Assembly: GCA_051362555.1 (NCBI GenBank)
Contig: CM120641.1
Location: 45,018,401 to 45,082,400, forward strand
From: Lingula anatina
Lineage: Eukaryota > Animalia > Brachiopoda
Reading direction: 5' to 3'
DNA length: 64,000 nucleotides
Position numbers and translations under genes: made by a program. Under the pieces are notes generated by a model. The model made no database searches and was not told the DNA's origin. It saw nothing but the letters and a program-made list of their open reading frames with translations. Shown here in pieces: positions 13,701-28,700 of the stretch. How positions within the stretch are numbered: position 1 is the stretch's first letter; every line of letters begins with the position of its first letter.

Positions 13701-16700
13701 AAAAAGGAAATGCAAGTTTTTGTTTTGACCAGTGCTTCAAAATGCCCAAAATTGCACTTGTCAGTCAGCTGGCCAATGTACTTAGTGACAGAACACCTTT
13801 CAGTCCTTCAGTAAAGTTCTGATATAATAGAGTGATTCCAGAATGGCTAGCTTTACATTAAAGAAATCTCAACTGAACACAAACTGAGATAAAAGTGTTA
13901 CAGAAAAAAAGTTGTCTGTAATCAATGCTGCAGAACACTGGAAACAGGAAACTAAATTTAGAGGACTGAATTCCATGCCAGGGTAGTCTGATGCAACAGT
14001 GGTTGAACATGACCAATGTGGAGGGCCAAGTGTTATGGTATGGGCAGGCATGAGTGACAGTTTCTAGATGGGGATTGGTTGAAGTCTCACTTGGCTGCAG
14101 TACAGTGATGAAGTCCTAAGAGCACCTGTTGTGCCAATTATGCGACAAAACACAACTCCAGCAGAACAATGCCTGTCCCCATACTGACCGATTAGCACAA
14201 ACATACCTCAGCAGAAGCAGATCTGAGAGCGGCACTGGTGGCAAAATGAAGAAGGTTGCCTGTATTTAAAGTCTCGTACAGTCCAGGAGGAGGAGGGTAC
14301 TATCCTGTATAACAACCAGGGGAGGGCACATACTACTAAGAAATATACTACCCTTTACACAACACTTTTGTATTTAAAAAAGTATATTAAAACCATGGAC
14401 ATAACTTGGGTATTTTTAGTTTTTACATCTATTCTAAATGTATAAATATAATCATTAGAAAAATAGATAAAATGGTTCAAAACTCATCAAACTAATGCAT
14501 TTCTATAATCTACAATTTCTCTTGCATATCTCATGGCAACGCCCAGCACAAATGGAACACACCAAGCTGGAAGGTGATAGAGCTTTTCATGGCCATCCTT
14601 GCAACAAGTTTCTATGTGATCTCACCAGTAAACCTTAGTTAAAGCTGTTTTTACTTTGTAGTCGATAGGTTTTGGCAATGTCTTCAATCACATACTTTGT
14701 CAGCATTTTGATGAACAAAGTTTTAAGAGTACTTGTAACAGGTCTAGGTTTGATACTACATCTGCAACTGTGTACCATACATATATCTATGCACCTAAAC
14801 ATCTGAGGTAAGCTGAAGTTTTATGTAATCTTCTCACCTTCCTGAACTGCACTTAAACAGGGCATGTAGATTCTAGACAAAAAAGCATTCTTTTAAAAAA
14901 GATGAACATATCCAAAAAATAGGAAAAAATAGGAACTTGAGATCCTGTCAGTTATGTATGCTGGAGCCAGTTAATAAAATGTAGCACCTGCAAAAACTAA
15001 TATTTTTAATAAACAACTTTGCTCATTCTGAATATCATTTATATGATAACAAAATGTCCATTTTTTCTTGCATTTTTACCACACATATTGTGACACACTA
15101 CATACAGCGTGTGTTAGAAATCTGTCATTAATATTTTAATAAAAAAAATAAAAACTTATATTGGTCATTTCCAATCTATTACAATTATAGGCGAGTTTTT
15201 TATTGGATCTGGGCTACATATACTTTCTCAAAGCAATAAAGAGGCATACATTTCTCCATTTAAAGGTCAATATTAAAGGTCAGTATTTACCTACACTATC
15301 AATGTTTAAATACCCCACCAACTTTTTGCCCTAGATATTCCTACAATTTTTGATAATGCATGATATTCAGGAATTCCTGAAAACCTCAGTGTTTACTATA
15401 AGAGGTAAATAAGCAAACCACTAGCCAAGTGTGATATACAATGGTCTTTTGTGCACTATTCCACTCTGACAATATCCAAATGAATTGCTTTTTTTGCATT
15501 TTCATTGATTTAATACTAGTACATACCTGAAGGCTTTTTTTATTTAAACCATGTTTGCTCAAATATAAAAGAGAAAGACCTAGCTTTTCAAGGATTCCTT
15601 TAATAATCTTAGATCAATAAAAGCACAACAAAAAAGTTATTAATGCTGTTGAATACACATTGTTCTGGCATGGAGTGTGAGCCATATCACTTCCTACTGT
15701 AACTCCGAGATGGAAAAGCAAACAATCAAGGTCATTAAGCAAATAATTAAGGTCATTATTTTTCGATCTATGCTATGCTCATACATGTATTGATAGCTTT
15801 TTGACTGTGTGACAAGGGCACAACATGATCCAAGGCAATTGAATGGTAGGATTGGTTACCTTGTGAAAATATCAGCCAAAGACTACCATTTTCTGTGCTT
15901 CTGCAATTCTTTCACCCATATGCAAAAATAGGTAAAAAGGTGATGGTCATTTGCAATTTGTAGGAAAAAAAAAAGAAAATCCATTAATTTAATATATGCT
16001 GAAAAAAATCAGGATAACTTTTTTTTGAACAATGTTCAAATAAAGCTGCTTCTCAAATTGACCTTAATTTTACTATAATTGACCACTCTATTGAAGTTGG
16101 AGGATGATAGGCCCTTTGCTTTTCATTTTGTGTTATCTGTATTACATGTAGTATAATTTATGCTGAAATAAAACAAAAAATGGTTGTAACAAAAAAGAAA
16201 GTTTCAATCAAGCTGATTTTCCGACGTGACCTGTATTTCATGAATATTAATAAAGTCTGCAAGTTTGAAGACAGAAGGTTAAATGGTTTTCCACTTATAG
16301 TGTTATCTCTGAAAGTGCACACTGACAAGGACAGACCCAGGTGATGGCTATATGTACATGCAGGCACACTGCTTACAATGTGTGTTAGGAATCTTAAAAA
16401 GATAATGAAAAAGTAATTAAAAACTTGAAGTAATTGTTTCCAATTATTCAATTACAATTATATGTGAATTTTCTTTTGATATGAGCATCCTCAAAGCAGC
16501 AAAAAGGGTTAGATTTCTCCAAATGTTAAAATATTTTGCCAATGAGTAAACGTATGTGTATCGTACGTATGACGTCATGGTCACCAAAGGTCACACGCAT
16601 GCGTCGTGTTCAATTCACTTCCATGTTTATTTCAGGAATTCCAAGCAGCTAAAGTTACAAAGTGTTTATATAACTATAAGAGATAAATCTGCAAACTTTT

Positions 16701-19700
16701 AGGTAAGTGTGGTATATATAATGTTTTTTTTGTGTTATACTTCACTCTAGCAATATTCAGATGAATTTCAGGTTGAATGGCTCTACTGCCTTTTTATTAA
16801 CATGAAATATCTTAAGGCTTTTCATCTATATTATGTTTGCTCACACTTAAAAAAAGACAACCTAGTTTTGGAGGACACCTAAAATAATCTTAGATCAACA
16901 AAGGCAAAATTCTAAAGGTTCTTAGTTCTATTGAGTACTTATTGTTCTGGCATGGGTACCATGAATGAACCATATTCATACTACCTTCTACTGTAAGTCG
17001 ATGGAAAAGCAAGTCTGATTATAATCATGGTCATCTCCTTAACTTTCAATCTGTGCTAATATTGGTAGTTTTTAAAGGCGTGACACATGATCCAAAGCAA
17101 TTGAATGGTAGGATTGGTGTAATCTTGTGATAATACCTTTTTCTTCTTGTACATATCCTTTTATCCTGGATCATTTCACGCATGCGTATACACAAGGGGG
17201 GAGCCATTTTGTGTGTATACACAAGGAGGGGGCCATTTTGTAATTCAATCTGGATTTTGATCAGTGTGGAGTATGTTATTACGTTTGAATCAAGGTATTT
17301 TTTATCCACTTTTTTGTTCAAAAAAGTGCATAAAACCATTAATGTTGTAGTTTTTAAGACTTCATCCACTTTATATTTATCGTCTTATTCCTGTTCAATC
17401 ATCTGCCATTGAAAAGGTGCTTGTATAAGGCTACTAGGTTAAATAGTACTATAGCACTATAGGAAAATAACAAACTAGATAAAACTTCAATCAGTTGAGT
17501 CTAGTTTAGAACTATCAGTAAGAATAGCATCAATCTTTTGGACATACAATGTATGGCCTACTTTGTCCCATGATAACACATGATCTGTTTGACAGAACTT
17601 AGGTTGCCTTTTCTTCGTAACAAGAATGTGTATATACTATACAGTATAATACTGACTATTATCAGAATATTTTATGATCTTATATACCTTGACTGCTCAG
17701 TTGATAGAACATTTCTGAGGTCTGCAAAACTGCCACGACTATATAGGAAAATATTTTGAAGGGATCTGGAGACAAAACCTGACCAGTGAGGCAAAAACGG
17801 GAAGTCAAAATATTTTGGTACTGCTTTACTGACTTCACAAAACATCATGCTTAATTTAAGATCAACATGGCAGGTATCTTTAAACAGAAGAAAAACATTG
17901 TTATTGTTGTCCCTTGCAGTGATACCATGAATGACCAACAGGAAAACGATGTTCAGCAGCATGTGGGATTAAAAAATGAACCTACTAATCCTCTACAAGT
18001 CCAAGATTCATCTCACGAGCTAAAACCCATGACAGAAACTGGGAGTGGAAAGGTAAGAAATACAATCCCTTCTAAGAGCAAGAGAGAGTGGAGGTGGGGG
18101 TGAGGATGACCGTATGCACCCTCTTGTGTAGTAATTATAATAGTAACTGAGTAAATAAATAATGTTAAATATAATGATGGGGCGGTGCCTTCTATTTTAC
18201 CATTGTGGTTTCTTCCATGCTAATCAAAAGACCAGACTAATAAAATATCAGGTATTTGCCTCTGGATTCTAAGTTGTTTAAAAGCCAAAGATAAGTCAAG
18301 TAAGCACACTGATATAAATGAAATTCACGTGCAATTCACCATACCTAAATATTTTTTTCCATAATGTCAATTTAGATACTTATTGGAGGAAAAGAAATCT
18401 ATAGGTGACTCTATAAGTAAACTGCATAACTATCAGAAAAAATAAGCTGATCAGCTTGACCTGAATTTGGTAATATTGATCACTCATTTAAGTTTGAAGA
18501 CATCAGGCCAAGTAGTTTTCCACTTACTGTGAAATCTCTGAAGGTGCAACAACAGATAATGTACATAAAAATGAAATTCTCTGCAAATCACCTCATCTGA
18601 CATTTTTTCAAAATAATAATTATGACACTAATAAGAGAAAAAGAATTTAGTAACCAGATATTTAGCAGTAATAAAACAAAGATGTAAGTTTGGCATAGTC
18701 AAACGACATTTTATGGCGACAACCAATATTTTTCCTTGCCTTCTTTCTTGCTGTGAATGGGACTATGAAAGTGTGTGGTACACTGGGATGAAGAGATATA
18801 AAATTATGTTAACTACCATGTGTTCTCATCTATAGTAATGTGTCATGAATTATCGAATGGCTCCTAAATTTCGAACAATCTTCAAAACGGTCGTCTAGGC
18901 TTACTTGGATCACAGATGGTCTCCTGCTGGCAAATATAGTCACTAAGTCCTTTGAATTTGTATGAAAATTGCCTTTTCCCTGCGCTCAGATCGCTTATGA
19001 TCTCCCATTGATGACTTTCCAATACCCTGAATGAATACGAAAATTGCTTTCCTGTCTCGCTCGAATCGCTAATAAATATGAAAATTGCCTCTTCAGTTTT
19101 GTCAAGATTACCTATCACTCGTGTGTTTGTTTGAAGATAGTTCAAAAGACAAAATGTGCACACTTCAAATGTGTGCATTGGCGCAAGTATGTGCCAGGAA
19201 GTCAGTTGCATTGTGGGACAGCTGCTGATGAAGACTGGGTTGACTGAGCAAAAAAATTGGATGTAATACCAAACCACGCAACTGTTGATGATGAGCCCTG
19301 CACCCAGGGACCAAAAACCTCTCCTCCCCGACCTAGTATATTTGATCGTAGACAACAAACAGGGTCAGCTTTGTCGCAGCACATGTCGGAGAGAGACCAT
19401 ATAATACACAGTTCGGCTGCTGTGGTGAAACCTGTGCACCGTACATACCAATCTGAGGTCTAGTGGCCTCCCTGCAGGGTGGAGAAACCATTATGCTGAG
19501 CTGGGCTTCTGCAGTGAAGGCTAACTATGTGGCATAGACACTGAACTGCACACGGCGAGATGAGGCAGCACTCATACGTAGAGCTCCACCTGACTTCAAC
19601 GGTGAAGGCAACAAACCTAGGTGCAGTAGACAATAATAGGCAATGAAGGCTACCTGTGGGCCATAGACACCAATCGGCTGCTGTCTCGGCTTCAGTGCAT

Positions 19701-22700
19701 GGAGAGGAGCAACTGTAACACTAAGCACGGCTTCCAGCACGGTGAAGGTTATCTGGTCGGGGTAGACTCTAATCACTGACAGTCTCTTTCCTCCGGTCAC
19801 TCCAATCCTGAGCGCCAGGATCGTTTTCAAAAAATGACAATACTAAAAACGCTAATGTTTTGCGTCCCAAACCATCACTACCGATCATTATCTATCACAT
19901 TGGGTCATACACAGTGATTGTGTGAAAGTTTGTGATTCTCTTGGGTTGCAATTAATGACACTCACCTTTTAAACAATATCGTAACTGCTACAGAGATCGT
20001 CGGAAAAAGATAACATGAGACCCATCGAGGGACAGACAACTTCCTGTCAAAAATGACAAAATTTCATGAAGTTCCAACATCTGGAATTTCTGGGCACCTC
20101 TCATTTTATGAATTTTGACCAAAATGATCTTTTCCTTTTTTAATTAATTTCTTCTGTATGAAATTCATGGCACATTACCCTACCCAGACTGTTGTTCCAC
20201 TGTTGCTCTACCTGGGCTCATACTTAATATCTGAACTTTAAATTAAATCCTTTACCACTTATTTATTTCAATAGGCAACATCAAGTCCAAGTCTTTCTGA
20301 CTTAAATATACAAGTAAGGCCACAAGATGAGCAGCAGATTAAAGCACATGCCAGTGAAGAAAAGTAAGTGTCACTTGTTCAGTAATTTAGAATGTCATAC
20401 CAGAAAGAAAAAAATACATATTTACCTGAACAACCAGGACAAATATTTTCCTAACCATACATTTTAGCTTTCACTGATATTTAAACTCCTCAGTGAAAGT
20501 CTTTAAACCATCACCAATATTAAATTATCTGACTTAGCAAATTCCATGACATTTGAATGGTTTGCTTATTATCATCTTTGATTATCTTTCTCCATTTCCA
20601 AAGACTTAACGTCAGCAAAACTCTGTTTTGGACATGGTTTTATAATATAGATATCAGGATGGCAGTAATATGATCATATCTATACCATTTGAAAATATTT
20701 TTCAAAAGAGATAATTAAAACAAAAATTAAAATTTGGCATACCAGACTAACAGTAATTTTCATATCAATTCTCATTTATAATTCTCATTAATAAAAGCAG
20801 CCTCACCTATACATATATATATATAACAAATTGTCATGACACCGTTGTGTATGTCTCAATAACAAATCAAAGAAGCTGCATGAGCAAGGAGGATGCTGTC
20901 ATAAAAGCAAAAAAAGAGAAAAAGCAGAAAATATATCGAAATTACCCTCAAAATGACGTCCTTTTTTGTGGAATTTCGACCCTACCTCTATTTAGGAACA
21001 GTTTGTTTAGGATTTGAATGAATAATTGAAGCAGGAAATACAACTGCTGCAAGAAACAGAATGTGCAAAATGGTTATTTAAATAAAAATTTATTTGAAGT
21101 CACTAAAAATGATCACAAAATTAGCGTAACTAACGTTACATGCCGTGTCCCAGCCCAATGAAAATTTCATCTAATCCTATCTTTCCGTATTTAAAACTCT
21201 TCAATCGTCCAAAGTAGTCTGTCGGTTTTATATCATTAACAATATTATCTCTTTTATGCTGTAGTACAAATGAAGGTGAAAACAAGCAGCAGCAAAAGCT
21301 TTGGGATGACACTGATGAAGATACAGCAAAGGTATGTACATTAACAAATAACAGCATGACCTGTTGCATTTCTCCATGCATTTGTCCATAATAAATATTC
21401 ATATTCATAAACAGAAATATTTATAATAGCAGAAATAGTTGCAGCAACAGATATATTTTTGTATCAAAGCAATGGAGGGAATCCTATTTGTAAAATGCTA
21501 AAAATCTGAAATGCTGTACTGCAGTTTTTTGTTTATTTTAACTCTATCTGTCTGGTAACAAATAAATTCCTGTTTCTCATTAATATTGAACATGCACTGC
21601 ATTTCAAATCTAAGTGAAAACCGCGTCCTTATTACAATCTGCGTAAAATGGTAAAGCAGCACTACAACCTTTTCAACTTTGTTTGTTATTCTAGCAACAT
21701 GAACTTGAAACTTCTGTCTTGTCTCCTAATTCAACTACCATCTGCTATGAGACTGTGTGTGGACTAAGTAATGGTGAATATTCAGTCCAACATGTGTACA
21801 GCAATCAATATTATGACATGGACACTTCTCCTAATCAGGTTGGTTGGATAAAATAGTTATTAAACTAATTAAAAATGACAATATAAATGCTCATATTACC
21901 CAACTCGGGCAAAAAGATCCCCGAAATTGTCAGGGGGTTATATATACAGCCGTCCAAATATCAAATTAAAGCATGTAAGAACTCTTTAAATTTTAAGTAA
22001 CCAAGTGATTTATTTTTTCAGAATGAGGTACATCAATCTAGGACTGTTCAATCAGCTTCCTGCAGCACTGCCCCACTTGATGATGTTAAAAACATGATGG
22101 CACAAATTATTCTCATGCTTGAGAAGATAAAGTCACAATGCATAATAGATAGTACTCAAGTAACAGAAGATCAGGTTGCTCCATCAGACATGAAAACTGC
22201 AATACCCATTTCACCAGAAATGGGGGAAACACGAGTTCAAAACTGGGGACACAAGAAGCATATTCTGCCTCCACAGCAAGCTATAGATGAGGAAATTTTC
22301 CATTCTATAACTAGACCCATAAATTTAAGACAAGTTATGGCTGATAAAAATGTTGCATCCTCAACAGTTCTGACAAATGGGGGTACGTCTTATCCAAAAG
22401 ATGAAAGTGTACCATCTATCAGAGAGCCAAAACAGGAAGATGCAAGCACTTCAACAGTTGGGACTGGCAGTATGTCATATCCAAAAGATGAAGAAAAGCC
22501 TTCTACTATACAGCCAATGGAGGAAGACGTCATGTCTTCGATAGACCTGCCAGAAGGAGGTACATTATGTTCAAAAAATGAAAGTGTGCCTTCTACTACA
22601 AAGCAAACACATGAAAGCAACTATTTTTCAACAGTTCTGACAGAAGAGGATACATCATGGTCAAAAGATGAAAGTGTGACAACTATCAATAAGCCAACCC

Positions 22701-25700
22701 AGGAAGATGCTAGTTCTTTCACAGCTCTGTCAAATGGAGGTATGCCGCAACCAAAAAAAGAGAGTATGTCTTCTTCTGCAAATCCAACAGAGGAAGATGC
22801 CACTTCTTCAACAGTTCTTCCAGAAAGGGATATGTCATATCCAAAAGATGAAGGGGTGCCTTCTACTTCAAAACCACCTCAGGAAGATGCCACCCCTTCA
22901 AATGTTCTGCAAGAAGGGAGTAGATTATTCCCCAAAAATGAAATTGTGCCTTCTACTACAACCAAAAAAGAGGAAGATTCAACTTTTTCAACAGTTCTGC
23001 AAGAACCTTCTTCAGACATGTCATGTCCAAAAGATGAAGGGGTGCCTTCTACCTCAGAACCACCACAGGAAGATGCCACCTGTTCAAAAGTTCTGCAAGA
23101 AGGAAGTAGATCATGCCCAAAAGATGAAATTGTGCCTTCTACTACAACCAAAACAGAGGAGATTTCCACTTTTCCAACAGTTCTGCAAGAACCTTCTTCT
23201 GACATGTCATGTCCAAAAGATGAAGGGGTGCCTTCTACTACAAAACCACCACAGGAAAATGCCACCTCTTCAAAAAATCTACAAGGGAGTAGATCATGCC
23301 CAAAAGATGAAATTATGCCTTCTACTACAACCAAAATAGAGGAAGATTCTACTTTTTCAGCAGTTCTGCAAGAACCTTCATCTGACATGTCATGTCCAAA
23401 AGATGAAGGGGTGCCTTCTACTACAGAACCACCACAGGAAGATGCCACCTCTTCAAAGGTTCTGCAAGAAGGGAGTAGATCATGCTCAAAAGATGAAATT
23501 GTGCCTTCTACTACAACCAAAATAAAGGAAGATTCTACTTTTCCAACAATACTGCAAGAACCTTCTTCTGACATGTCATGTCCAAAAGATGAAGGGGTGC
23601 CTTCTACTACAAAACCACCACAGGAAGATGCCACCTCTTCAAAAAATCTACAAGGGAGTAGATCATGCCCAAAAGATGAAATTATGCCTTCTACTACAAC
23701 CAAAATAGAGGAAGATTCCACTTTTTCAGCAGTTCTGCAAGAACCTTCTTCTGACATGTCATGTCCAAAAGATGAAGGGGTGCCTTCTACTCTAAAACCA
23801 TCACAGGAAAATGCCACCTCTTCAAAGGCTCTGCAAGAAGGGAGTAGAACATGCCCAAAAAATATTGTGCCTTCTTCTATTACCAAAACAGAGGAAGATT
23901 CTACTTTTTCAACAGTTCTGCAAGAACCTTCTTCTGACATGTCACGTCCAAAAGATGAAGGGGTGCCTTCTATTACAAAACCACCACAGGAAGATGCCAT
24001 CTCTTCAAAAGTTCTGCAAGAAGGAAGTAGATCATGCCCAAATGATGAAATTGTGCCTTCTTCTACAACCAAAATAAAGGAAGATTCCACTTTTCCAACA
24101 GTACTGCAAGAACCTTCTTCTGACATGTCATGTCCAAAAGATGAAGGGGTGCCTTCTACTACAAAACCACCACAGGAAGATGCCACCTCTTCAAAAGTTC
24201 TGCAAGAAGGAAGTAAATCATGCCCAAAAGATGAAATTGTGCCTTCTACTACAACCAAAATAGAGGAAGATTCCACTTTTCCAACAGTTCTGCAAGAACC
24301 TTCTTCTGACATGTCATGTCCAAAAGATGAAGGGGTGCCTTCTACTACAAAACCTCCACAGGAAAATGCCACCTCTTCAAAAGTTCTACAAGGGAGTAGA
24401 TTATGCCCAAAAGATGAAATTGTGCCTTCTACTACAACCAAAATAGAGGAAGATTCCACTTTTCCAACAGTTCTGCAAGAACCTTCTTCTGACATGTCAT
24501 GTCCAAAAGATGAAGGGGTGCCTTCTACTACAAAACCTCCACAGGAAAATGCCACCTCTTCAAAAGTTCTACAAGGGAGTAGATCATGCTCAAAAGATGA
24601 AATTGTGCCTTCTACTACAACCAAAATAAAGGAAGATTCTACTTTTCCAACAATACTGCAAGAACCTTCTTCTGACATGTCATGTCCAAAAGATGAAGGG
24701 GTGCCTTCTACTACAAAACCACCACAGGAAGATGCCACCTCTTCAAAAAATCTACAAGGGAGTAGATCATGCCCAAAAGATGAAATTATGCCTTCTACTA
24801 CAACCAAAATAGAGGAAGATTCCACTTTTTCAGCAGTTCTGCAAGAACCTTCTTCTGACATGTCATGTCCAAAAGATGAAGGGGTGCCTTCTACTCTAAA
24901 ACCATCACAGGAAAATGCCACCTCTTCAAAGGCTCTGCAAGAAGGGAGTAGAACATGCCCAAAAAATATTGTGCCTTCTTCTATTACCAAAACAGAGGAA
25001 CATTCTACTTTTTCAACAGTTCTGCAAGAACCTTCTTCTGACATGTCACGTCCAAAAGATGAAGGGGTGCCTTCTATTACAAAACCACCACAGGAAGATG
25101 CCATCTCTTCAAAAGTTCTGCAAGAAGGAAGTAGATCATGCCCAAATGATGAAATTGTGCCTTCTTCTACAACCAAAATAAAGGAAGATTCCACTTTTCC
25201 AACAGTACTGCAAGAACCTTCTTCTGACATGCCATGTCCAAAAGATGAAGGGGTGCCTTCTACTACAAAACCACCACAGGAAGATGCCACCTCTTCAAAA
25301 GTTCTGCAAGAAGGAAGTAGATCATGCCCAAAAGATGAAATTGTGCCTTCTACTACAACCAAAATAGAGGAAGATTCCACTTTTTCAACAGTTCTGCAAG
25401 AACCTTCTTCTGACATGTCATGTCCAAAAGATGAAGGGGTGCCTTCTACTACAAAACCTCCACAGGAAAATGCCACCTCTTCAAAAGTTCTACAAGGGAG
25501 TAGATTATGCCCAAAAGATGAAATTGTGCCTTCTACTACAACCAAAATAGAGGAAGATTCCACTTTTCCAACAGTTCTGCAAGAACCTTCTGACATGTCA
25601 TGTCCAAAAGATGAAGGGGTGCCTTCTACTACAAAACCTCCACAGGAAAATGCCACCTCTTCAAAAGTTCTACAAGGGAGTAGATTATGCCCAAAAGATG

Positions 25701-28700
25701 AAATTGTGCCTTCTACTACAACCAAAATAGAGGAAGATTCCACTTTTCTAACAGTTCTGCAAGAACCTTCTTCTTACATATCATGTCCAAAAGATGAAGG
25801 GGTGCCTTCTACTCCAAAACCACTACAGGAAGATGCCACCTCTTCAAAAGTTCTACAAGGGAGTAGATCATGCACAAAAGATGAAATTGTGCCTTCTACT
25901 ACAACCAAAATAGAGGGAGATTCTACTTTTTCAGCAGTTCTGCAAGAACCTTCTTCTGACATGTCATGTCCAAAAGATGAAGGGGTGCCTTCTACTACAA
26001 CCAAAATAGAGGAAGATTCCACAATTCCAACAGTTCTGCAAGAACCTTCTTCTGACATGTCATGTCCAAAAGATGAAGGGGTGCCTTCTACTACAGAACC
26101 AGCACAGGAAGATGCCACCTCTTCAAAAGTTCTGCAAGAAGGAAGTAGACCATGCCCAAAAGATGAAATTGTGCCTTCTACTACAACCAAAATAGAGGAA
26201 GATTCCACATTTCCAACAGTTCTGCAAGAACCTTCTTCTGACATGTCATGTCCAAAAGATGAAGGGGTGCCTTCTACTACAAAACCTCCACAGGAAAATG
26301 CCACCTCTTCAAAAGTTCTACAAGGGAGTAGATTATGCCCAAAAGATGAAATTGTGCCTTCTACTACAACCAAATTAGAGGAAGATTCCACTTTTTCAAC
26401 AGTTCTGCAAGAACCTTCTTCTGACATGTCATGTCCAAAAGATGAAGGGGTGCCCTCTACTACAAAACCACTACAGGAAGATACCACCTCTTCAAAAGTT
26501 CTACAAGGGAGTAGATCATGCACAAAAGATGAAATTGTGACTTCTACTACAACCAAAATAGAGGGAGATTCTACTTTTTCAGCAGTTCTGCAAGAACCTT
26601 CTTCTGACATGTCATGTCCAAAAGATGAAGGGGTGCCTTCTACTACAGAACCACCACAGGAAGATGCCACCTCTTCAAAAGTTCTGCAAGAAGGAAGTAG
26701 ACCATGCCCAAAAGATGAAATTGTGCCTTCTACTATAACCAAAATAGAGGAAGATTCCACTTTTTCAACAGTTCTGCAAGAACCTTCTTCTGAAATGTCA
26801 TGTACAAAAGATGAAGGGGTGCCTTCTACTCCAAAACCACTACAGGAAGATGCCACCTCTTCAAAAGTTCTGCAAGAAAGGAGTAGATCATGCCCAAAAG
26901 ATGAAATTGTGCCTTCTACTACAACCAAAATAGAGGAAGATTCCACTTTTCCAACAGTTCTGCAAGAACCTTCTTCAGACATGTCATGTCCAAAAGATGA
27001 AGGGGTGCCTTCTACCTCAGAACCACCACAGGAAGATGCCACCTCTTCAAAAGTTCTGCAAGAAGGAAGTAGATCATGCCCAAAAGATGAAATTGTGCCT
27101 TCTACTACAACCAAAATAGAGGAAGATTCCACTTTTCCAACAGTTCTGCAAGAACCTTCTTCTGACATGTCATGTACAAAAGATGAAGGGGTGCCTTCTA
27201 CTACAGAACCACCACAGGAAGATGCCACCTCTTCAAAAGTTCTGCAAGAAGGAAGTAGACCATGCCCAAAAGATGAAATTGTGCGTTCTACTACAACCAA
27301 AATAGAGGAAGATTCCACTTTTCCAACAGTTCTGCAAGAACCTTCTTCAGACATGTCATGTCCAAAAGATGAAGGGGTGCCCTCTACTACAAAACCACCA
27401 CAGGAAAATGCCACCTCTTCAAAAGTTCTACAAGGGAGTAGATCATGCACAAAAGATGAAATTGTGCCATCTACTACAACCAAAATAGAGGGAGATTCTA
27501 CTTTTTCAGCAATTCTGCAAGAACCTTCTTCTGACATGTCATGTCCAAAAGATGAAGGGGTGCCTTCTACTACAGAACCACCACAGGAAGATGCCACCTC
27601 TTCAAAAGTTCTGCAAGAAGGAAGTAGACCATGCCCAAAAGATGAAATTGTGCCATCTACTACAACCAAAATAGAGGGAGATTCTACTTTTTCAGCAGTT
27701 CTGCAAGAACCTTCTTCTTACATATCATGTCCAAAAGATGAAGGGGTGCCTTCTACTACAAAACCAGCACAGGAAAATGCCACCTCTTCAAAAGTACTAC
27801 AAGGGAGTAGATCATGCCCAAAAGATGAAATTGTGCCTTCTACTACAACCAAAATAGCAGTTCTGAAAGAACCTTCTTCTGACATGTCATTTCCAAAGGA
27901 TGAGAAAATGCCAAATAAAAAGAAAATACAGAAAGGCAGTGCTTTTTCACCATCTCTGCCAGAAAGGGGTGCACCATGTTCAAAAGATGAAAGTGTCCCT
28001 TCTACTACAAAGCAAATACAGAAAGATGCCCCTTTTTCAACAGTTCTCCCAGAAGGGGGTCGATCATGTCCAAAAGATAAAATTGTGCCCTCTACTTCAA
28101 CGCAAATACAGGAAGATGCCACTTCTTCAACAGTTCTGCCAGAAAGGGGCACACAGGAAATACAGGAAGGCAGTGCTATTTCACCAGTTCTGGCAGAAGG
28201 GGGTACATCATGTTCAAAAGATAAAGGAATGTGTACAACAAGGCCAACACAGGGAGGTGCCAGTTCTTCAATAATTTTGACAAAAGGGGAAAGATCAGGT
28301 CCAAAAGCTGAAAGTGTGACTTCAACCAGAACGGCAACACAGGATGATGCCAATTATACATTTCTGACAGAAAGGGATATATCATGTTCAAAAGATGAAA
28401 GTGTGACTTATACTACAAAGCCAATACAAGAAGACCTCATTTCAGAAGAGGGTGGATCATGTTCAAAAGATGAAATGTCTTCTTTAATGCAAATACAGGA
28501 AGGTGCCACTTATTCAAAAATTCTGCCAGAAGGGGCCAAGCTATGTCCAAAAGATGAAACAATGACTTCTAATACCAAACTAACATTGGAAAATGCCAGT
28601 TCTTTAAGAGTTCTGCCAGAAGGGGCCAAGCCATGTCCAAAAGATGAAAGTGTGCCTTCTACTACAAAACCAACACAGGAATATGCTACATTAACGGTTC

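Noticed and set aside
15820-15860. snoRNA or other ncRNA in the conserved non-coding block
   Set aside because: No clear C/D or H/ACA boxes or terminal stem.
22879-28353. Long antisense ORFs (954, 631, 211 aa) and shifted-frame sense ORFs over the repeat
   Set aside because: By-products of a tandem unit that lacks stops on the other strand; they break at variant units and have no splice or start context.
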